Shown here: positions 57,401-64,000 of the stretch, in pieces
Position numbering within the stretch: the stretch's first letter is position 1
Layout of the letters: each line of letters starts with the position of its first letter
Assembly: GCA_964035545.1 (NCBI GenBank)
Contig: OZ037771.1
Coordinates: 7,535,190-7,599,189 of the forward strand
Origin: Bugula neritina
Lineage: Eukaryota > Animalia > Bryozoa
Direction of reading: 5' to 3'
DNA length: 64,000 nt
The notes under the pieces: model-generated
Database searches by the model: none
What the model saw: the letters and a program-made list of their open reading frames with translations, nothing else
What the model was told of the DNA's origin: nothing
Made by a program: the position numbers and the translations under genes

Positions 57401-60400
57401 CTTTTGGGGGTTTGGTTGAACATAATTTAGTTTGCACTTTTGCTCATCAAGCGCACAGACTTTTCCAAAATTCCACCCTTACTGCACCCACTTTTGTAAT
57501 TCAAGGAAAACAGAATGACTACTCAGGTGCAGTAGGGATATGAAGGAATATTGCTGACATGCCATACAAGTATAACTCACCAAACACTTCAACATTTCAG
57601 TAAAGAGTCAGTGAGTTACAAGTGAAAAATCCACAGCAAGAAACACAGCTCAAGTATATATAATTATCCAAAGAGAAGTCATGCTCTAGAGTCTAGAAGA
57701 TAGAAATATTGTGACCTTAAACATGTTGATAACAAAGTGATGATAGACTTATTATTCTAAACTGTTGATACTGGTTAGCTGTTGAATACACAAGTTAGTC
57801 ACAAGTGGAGCAAACTCTGTTTAGAATATCAATCCTGCCTGGTAAGGAAACATAGTCAGTTACTCATGAGATGGAAGACAAGATGAATACAGTAGAAACG
57901 AGACACATTTTTTGGATAACTTACGAGGAGCACGTTAAACGTGATGTGATTAGATAACAGACTGAGGTGAAAAAAATGTCTGCAGTGGTATTTGCATATT
58001 TGCAAAAAAGAAATGATGAGGATATTAACCTCAATTATAATGTATAAAAATCAATGGTATATGGAGATATTAAAAATCTGACAAATGGGAACATACTATA
58101 AAATATATCAAGAAGTACTGGAGCATTAAGCAAGAAGAAGTCCACAGCCGAGTGTGATTGAGCTGGGAGATTGCAGAACGGCTACCTTGCAGGACTATAG
58201 TCAGTTAGGTGAGAAAGGCGAAAAGTTGTGTTTAATCTTATACTAATCTCTACAGTTTATGTAAAAGCAGTGAACATGTTATGACTCACCTGTCTGGTAA
58301 TGTATGTAAGTCACAGCACTCTAGACGTAACTCTGTAAGTGACTCCATCTTTGGTATCACCTCAGGTAATGTTCCTAACTTATTACCAAACACATCTAAT
58401 GTGTGTAGATGTGTGAGTTGAGAGAGGCTGTAATATACATACAATATACTACGACTATAATTATACAAGTTGTAGAAATATTATATTAAACATGCAGTGA
58501 CCTTTTATTGTTTCTGCTCTGCAAGTATGAATTGTGTCAGTTGATTGTGTTTATGAATTCACTTTATAACTAGAGAGTTGGTATGCTGGGACTACTAGTA
58601 TCAGTTTTATTCTACTCTATTATAATATATTTACATATAATTAGAACACAGATCGAATGTGCTACACATACAAAATTACCGATTAAACCACAGTAAATAT
58701 GGGAAGAAAATGCTTTTTAAAAAATAAAATGATTCAGTGTAACAAATTGCTAAATCAAAAGCAGTTGTAACAATTCTCCTGTAAAGAATATGTTGAAGAT
58801 GGTTTTACTCTGCATGACCAGGTTTGGCTGCCAAGGCAGCCACCTGAGAATTACTGATTACAGAAGGAAAGTAAAAAACTAGAGACAAAACAAGAGAAGA
58901 TAAATCTCCGAATTTTTAATTCACTTAAACTTGACTCTGTTGCAAGTAAATTATGATGCAGTATAAAACTGGCCATAGGTGTGATAGTAGCTGTAAGGCA
59001 GGCAATAACAGGTAGGCCTAAGTAATGAAAAGTCCAACAATTACTTTGAGATAATAAGAATAAAGTATTCACAACCCTGGACTAAGTATAAAGTGATTAT
59101 AAAAGCTGGAGATACAATTGAGATAATGCTGATAGGTAGGAAGGGAGATCTTATTTCAGAGTGACTCTAGATTACTACTCATCTGTATATATAAACTATA
59201 GCTGCGTTCAGAACATATTAAATATAGTTGATTGTTTTACTCCATATTTCATTAATCTAAAAATATAGAATTTTATCCCACAATTTTAGCAACTCAAACA
59301 ACTTCTAAAGCACGGATAATACACTAGAAGGAACGAAGATAAAACTAATAGCAGTGAATACTTTGAAGAATATGAAACAAACCAAAAGCTACAAGTTGTG
59401 CAGGTAAGAATATATTTGATTTGTGATTTCCTCAATGAATATACAACTATCCATTTCTCTACTGCCAGAATAAATATAAAAGTTATCCCCACATGCAGGT
59501 AATCAGCTATGATGTGTGAGTCACCAGAAGTCATTGTTGACCTCTTCCCCAACAGCTTCAGCTCAAACTAATATAATTCCATTAAAGTGCAATAATGGAA
59601 AAAACTCAATATTCTTCAAATTCAATTATTTACTGGTCTATATGATTTTCTTTTTAGGGGTTTGGTTGAACATAATTTAGTCTGCACTTTTTCTCATCAA
59701 ACACACAGACTTTATCAAAATTCCACCCTTACTGCACCCACTTTTATAACTAAAGGAGAACAGAATGACTACTTAGGTGCAGTAGAGATATGAAGGAATA
59801 TTGCTGACATGCCATACAAGTATAACTCAATAAACACCTCAACATTTCAGTAAATAGTCAGTGAGTTACAACTGAAATACTGACAGTGAAATACACAACT
59901 CAAGTATATGTTATTATTCAAAGAGAAGTCATGTTCTAGAGGATAGAGGATAGAGGGATTGTGACCTTAAACATGTTGATAAAAAAGTGATGATAGACTT
60001 ACTATTCTAAACTGTTGATACTGGTTAGCTGTTGAATACGCAAGGTAGTCACAAGTGGAGCAAACTCTGTAACAGCAGGTGGCAGATCTCCCTCTATAAA
60101 TAGGTCAGTGATCACATGACCTGAACAGAGCTTCTTTATTTCCTCCTTTGTATAGAGTTGTGTAGATTTGACGGACAAACTTGTGAGGCTAATAGGATCC
60201 ATACCAGAGTGCCTCCACCAACAGCTGTATTTCTCTGCTAATAACAAATGATCTAGTTTTAGTACATTCGTACCTAATAATAGAGTAAATATAATATCAC
60301 CTGGTTTATAGTACATCTATCTATGGTAAAATTCTAGTAGTATAAATTACATCATTTTACTGTTGAATTACTTATATAATAATTGAAAATATAATCCAGC

Positions 60401-60962
60401 AGTAAACATATTCCTATATTCAAAGAGACAAACATACTAATTGTTGAGGCATCAACATGAAGATTAATAGGAATAAAACTGAGACTTTCTTCAACTTTTT
60501 ATATCAGGTAGACTGAAAACAAATGAGAAACTTATCTGATAGACAATCCAATGCTGATGTTTCTATTTAAGATTTCACATACAACATGTTGATAAGAAAA
60601 TACTAGCAAGTATAAGAAATGGCAAGAATTAGAAATAAACCTGTTTTTAATGTGATCCAAAAAGTTATCAACAGCTTCATTAAGCTACATGCAGATAAAA
60701 GTCACAGAAAGTTATGGTGTATACAGAAACACCATAGTATAAATATAGTTCAGAGAAGAAACTTAAAGGGGGATAACAAAGTCTTTATTTTAACTTTCAA
60801 GTTGGAAGATGTAATTGAAACCTATTCAGGTATATTTAAAGAATACTGTATTCAGGTGAATATTTTACCATTCTCCAGACCAACTAATATTGTATACGGA
60901 CCTGTTTGTGAAGTTGCTGCTGTTACATCATCCTCAGAACTGGTTACAGAGTTGGTAGCCAT
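40097..60962 (-). CDS. LRR-ROC-COR-caspase fusion protein (Roco GTPase with a C-terminal peptidase C14 domain), about 1273 aa. Exons 60962-60902, 60237-60003, 58427-58290, 56924-56787, 56535-56398, 54230-54093, 51940-50013, 49912-49844, 49684-49512, 48458-48291, 47753-47534, 47405-47244, 41082-40973, 40240-40097
   Basis: Fourteen exons (3822 nt) join through GT-AG introns with matching phases and no internal stop. LRR motifs LxxLxLxxN/C; ROC motifs GRSLSGKTS, DFGG and LVFTHRD; COR motifs VPTLWRKV and LSYMHNSGHLIWY; caspase motifs RGRALIINN, RLGSSYD, AHG, GKPKVVVIQACRV, SMRFHDSGSLLI and TLTGRRKIYLFP. The first ATG follows a possible acceptor, so the 5' end may extend further. Confidence 0.85.
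40505..40875. repeat. Degenerate 16-bp minisatellite (tatactatgactatat) in the last caspase intron
   Basis: Tandem units directly visible. Confidence 0.9.
41488..46676 (+). mobile_element. AcademX-like DNA transposon, defective, with 1190-bp inverted arms and a 3-bp target-site duplication (AGC)
   Basis: Termini TAGTGGGGGTGCC...GGCACCCCCACTA, flanked by AGC at 41485-41487 and 46677-46679. Arms 41488-42677 and 45487-46676 are reverse complements. The interior encodes transposase-like, XPG-like and Cys-cluster segments, the architecture described for AcademX. Confidence 0.85.
42678..45714 (+). pseudogene. Disrupted, 5'-truncated Academ-type transposase with XPG/FEN1-like nuclease and C-terminal Cys cluster
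   Basis: Transposase-like motifs VITFDQAIY, RMGGFH, HYNRGVRAHK, RSGNW, YDRTNYSRW and DQVLKQTLNR. Nuclease motifs IIIDG, DVVFDVY, HDEADTRLILHA, DTDV and HALTGCD. C-terminal CKCKKAGC...CKC...CCGLCECFDCNN. Interrupted by stops (e.g. 43300, 44620) and frameshifts. Confidence 0.88.
46780..47175. mobile_element. Degenerate foldback/MITE
   Basis: Imperfect inverted arms: gtgaca...tggaaaat...aatattcaac...tatctggtca versus tgaccagata...gttgaatatt...attttcca...tgtcac. Confidence 0.6.
48660..48948. mobile_element. MITE with imperfect terminal inverted repeats of about 55 bp
   Basis: Left end cctcactcacacttaccatacc...atcagtcattttt versus right-end reverse complement cctcattcacacttaccgtacc...atcagccattttt. 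Confidence 0.7.
49078..49488. repeat. 32-bp minisatellite (ataacagagaggagagccaaggctatacagag), about 13 copies
   Basis: Tandem units directly visible, with no unique spacers. Confidence 0.95.
50013..51940 (-). CDS. Single large exon encoding the last LRRs, the ROC GTPase and the COR domain
   Basis: Covers the 632-aa ORF: LRR cap LTSPPYAVC..G..AIRQY, P-loop GRSLSGKTS, G3 DFGG, G4 THRD, COR motifs and a terminal CAHC. Confidence 0.92.
52030..52880. repeat. Intronic tandem duplication, two diverged units of about 430 bp
   Basis: catagcctgagagataaatagtgtttgacagc at 52041 and 52472; ccaaactgttgcatatggt near 52377 and 52807. Confidence 0.85.
54093..58427 (-). CDS. Four near-identical 138-nt phase-2/phase-2 LRR exons, two 23-aa LRRs each: 58427-58290, 56924-56787, 56535-56398, 54230-54093
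   Basis: Each reads SLSQLTHLHTLxVxxNKLGTLPEVIPKMESLTELxLxxCDLH(T/I)L(P/S)D between a tattacag acceptor and a gtgag donor. Exon 56924-56787 is absent from the ORF track. Confidence 0.93.
54420..54920 (+). mobile_element. Decayed RTE-like LINE fragment; partial duplicate near 57880-58100
   Basis: Broken translations AKEKAYETVYE..., LAKTRKRR and IRxxVGV...KRLQWYCHV resemble RTE-clade ORF segments. Confidence 0.5.
55026..56248. mobile_element. Non-autonomous hAT (Charlie/Buster-like) element between LRR exons, containing a nested MITE
   Basis: Ends CAGTGGCTCCCA...TGGGAACCACTG; 8-bp flanks gtctaggc (55018-55025) and gtttaggc (56249-56256) match at 7 of 8 positions. Confidence 0.7.
55465..55800. 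mobile_element. MITE/foldback-like element of the same family as 23865-24100, nested in the hAT element
   Basis: ggtaaaaatggcaca motif and gaaaatttaaca..agtgtgcca.ttttac shared with 23865-24100; internal inverted symmetry with a C-rich arm and a G-rich arm. Confidence 0.65.
57178..57820 (-). pseudogene. Diverged duplicate of about 59077-60070, including a dead partial copy of coding exon 2
   Basis: Long shared blocks such as cctggactaagtataaagtgatt and ttccacccttactgcacccactttt. 57753-57820 copies the 3' end of exon 60237-60003 with its donor GT changed to AT. Confidence 0.8.
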
Positions 60963-63900
60963 CTTGTTTCTAGTATCAGATACTACAATGTAATACTAAT
61001 GTATGTACTATGAATAAAGTATGAGATAGTATACAATGTATGTATATTGAGTGAAAAGGTGTGTAGAGGAAGTAGAATAGTAAACAGTAGAGAGACAGTG
61101 AAGTAAAACAAGGTGAACCATAGAATAAAACTGTTCATAGCATTTTCATTTATTGATAATTCTCAATATATATTTTATCAGGATTTTTAGCTATTGATAA
61201 TTTATAGCATTTGATAATTTGTGACATACAGGTTTAATCAACAAGTTTAAGAGTAACTTGGCTTACATGTTTGAGACAAGATTATTGAATATCGCATAAG
61301 AGTTGGTTTAGGACAAGAGGAAATATCTAGTTTGACAACTTAGTATATTTCATTTCATTGTTTAACAGGTACTAACTGCTAGAACAAAGAAATTGATTTA
61401 TTAATGATAATGGAAACTGTGAGGACAAGCTACAATAGTATTCTAATAGTAATTTCCTATGTCTCATCTTTTACTTATGTTCACCAGAATTACCAACTTG
61501 AAGACTATTCCATTGTGTTTCATGTTTATTAACTATACAATCATCTAACTGTTGTGGAGGTATAGACTGGCCATTAGCATGAAAAATATTTTAATGTTTC
61601 CAAGACCTCTGTACTGTGGGCATAAATACTGCAGTAATTACTGATAATCTGATAATAAGTCTACTCTAGTTTGAACATAGACTTTCACTTTGGGAATAAA
61701 TCAAATTGTATTTTTGTAGAATACTTCTTGGATATTTACTATTGAATAAAAACTTGTTAACACTGGTAACACTGGTGAACAATTCTAAACATAATATAGT
61801 GGTTACTATCCTCTGTGTTGAGAATTTCTGTAACTGTCTCTGCTACAGCAGATGTCATACAAATAAACAAACTATGACCTCACTGTCACACCCATAGCTC
61901 TGTGAGCCAAACAGTATACATTACATTTCCATCACTGTCTCTACTACCAGTAATCATAATACAAACAATTGTGACAACTATAGCTCTGCTAAACAGATAC
62001 CAAAAACTAGAAACACACATTTTATTATTGGATCAGATCTCAATCCATATTTCAAACTTTACTATGTAATTCAAGTATAACATATTAAATGTTATAACTC
62101 TTCCTTGATAAGTGTTGGAGGTGTGTTGTGGCCAAGCCAAGTAAATCCTAACAATACATTGACCACAAATATAACTTAAAAGCTAAAATATAATATTACT
62201 CTTTGAGTTGAATAAATAATTTAAAAACACCTTACGCTGTTGGAACGCCTATACTTTAAAACTAAGCTATAAGTATTATCTTCAAGCCTACCCACTGACC
62301 ATAGTGAGAGTGTTAACGGTCAGAACACCCATAACTAAAGTCATTATTGTAATATTCATAGCGAATATAATTTAAAACGAGCCATACTCATAGTGAATGT
62401 CAAACTTGATGACACTTCGATCATCAATCAATCATCAAATTTAATGTCAATCAGAATAAATCAATAATATAATTATTATTTATAATTATCAACATCAATA
62501 CGAATATGTTCATATTCTTCTTTATATTCAATATTCCTATTAACTATTAGATTATTTATATTTATACTCATATTGACATTCACTATCATATACATATTCA
62601 CTTTGACATTGCATCACAGACTCAAAGTGAAACTGAAACAGTGAAAGTCTTCGAGATAAAATTACAATGCATGACACTTACATGTGGTGCAACTTGACAA
62701 ATTCTGTTAGTTTTTCAGTTTTGCACTAAAAATTTGGTTTGAATAGTGGTTAGTATAGCGGTGAGACAGCTGAATTAGTTTCGTCATCCAGAATGCGAGC
62801 TTATCCTCTTTTTGCTTCGTTTCAAGGACTGCCGGAAACGCCTACTACTGAAACCGGAAACAGGTTAACGACGGGCTACATGGTTTTAGTGACAAATGTA
62901 GTCTTTTTAAAAGTTGGAAGGCGTTGACGGGCTCTCTAATATTTAGATAGAAGGACTTTTTAGGAACTGAGCCAATATAAACAAAAAAGATTCTGATGAC
63001 AAGAAAACATTTTGTATATGCAACAGCAACGACACTAGTGTTACCTATTTCCAAGAGAATAGTGCACTTGTTATAATGTTTTGAATGACATTATTGGTGT
63101 TGTTCTGCAATATTGACTAGGCCTATATAGTGTTGTGAAATTGTGCTTCACTTATTTGTGGGTAATTATGATTGAAGTAATGCTGCCGATTTAGAGTAAG
63201 AATAAGTTCATTTATACGAAAGATACAAGATTTACTAACTACATGAAAACATACCAAGATTACATAACTGCACAAGACTGCTACTACTAGCCAACTGCGC
63301 CCTCCTCAAGCGTACAGCTCCTTACTAGCCATACACTCGTAGGGTATAAGATCACTCGCTTCGCTGATTGGCTGCTGCAAGTGTCAGTTCAATATGGAGT
63401 TGTCCTTTCGATATAATTGGGAGCCCAATATTTACAATGGTTCGGTTCAAACAGATATTAAATTAATAAATGTAATATGTGTGCTAGCACATGATTACCA
63501 TACATTACTTTTGTCTTCCACAGATGGTATATTGGCTACAAACAAATAGTTTTTGGTTACTATTTACTAGTAAGCAAATAATTCTAGCAGCAGACATCAT
63601 CAATCCTGAGTTAGAATTTCTGCACTAAGGATATTTCATTATATGAGATGATTGTAGCTATAATACTATATAGTCGACCAGCACACAGCCAATCACTGTG
63701 TAGGGTTGACTATCACATTTTCACAACTTTAGTTATGAATATCACTTACTTTTTTGAGTATCACAAGAAGTATTTCTGTTTTGTAAATGTATAGTATAAT
63801 AATCTTTCATTTGAATAAATATATTTCTGGTATAATGTAGATGTTATTGAAATATTTTTATTAAGGGTGCATTTGGGATACCAGCTCAAAGCTGCAACTG

Positions 63901-64000
63901 CATAGCCAAGTACAGCTGTACTTCGCTAAAATTTAAAAAAAAAATAAAAATTTATGAACACCCTACTGGTCAAGGCAGGCAGTACAATACTACACCACTA

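Noticed and set aside
60619-60993. 124-aa plus-strand ORF
   Set aside because: No recognisable motif, and it overlaps the Roco-caspase first exon in antisense.
62640-63450. Possible ncRNA or first exon in a more GC-rich patch
   Set aside because: I could not match it to any RNA family or coding frame; only CCAAT-like motifs are visible.

Overview
AT-rich, intron-containing animal DNA, probably from an invertebrate. There are no prokaryotic features. I assembled six spliced protein-coding genes by hand, checking GT-AG sites and intron phases: (1) Phox2 homeobox gene, + strand, 5' end not located; (2) a five-exon, largely low-complexity protein of unknown function, +; (3) a secreted protein with five WAP-like Cys domains, +; (4) argininosuccinate lyase, -; (5) TMEM33, +, containing a U12-type intron; (6) a 14-exon gene on the - strand (60962-40097, about 1273 aa). 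Gene 6 is the main finding. It joins an array of near-identical 138-nt LRR exons, a ROC GTPase-COR module and a complete caspase in one reading frame. The LRR exons differ almost only at concave-face residues, which suggests a one-chain sensor-switch-protease immune receptor. One intron of this gene holds a decayed AcademX-like DNA transposon with near-perfect 1190-bp inverted arms that include the transposase 3' end. MITEs, a hAT element, SINE-like and RTE relics, minisatellites and local duplications are also present. All family assignments come from motif recognition, not database searches.
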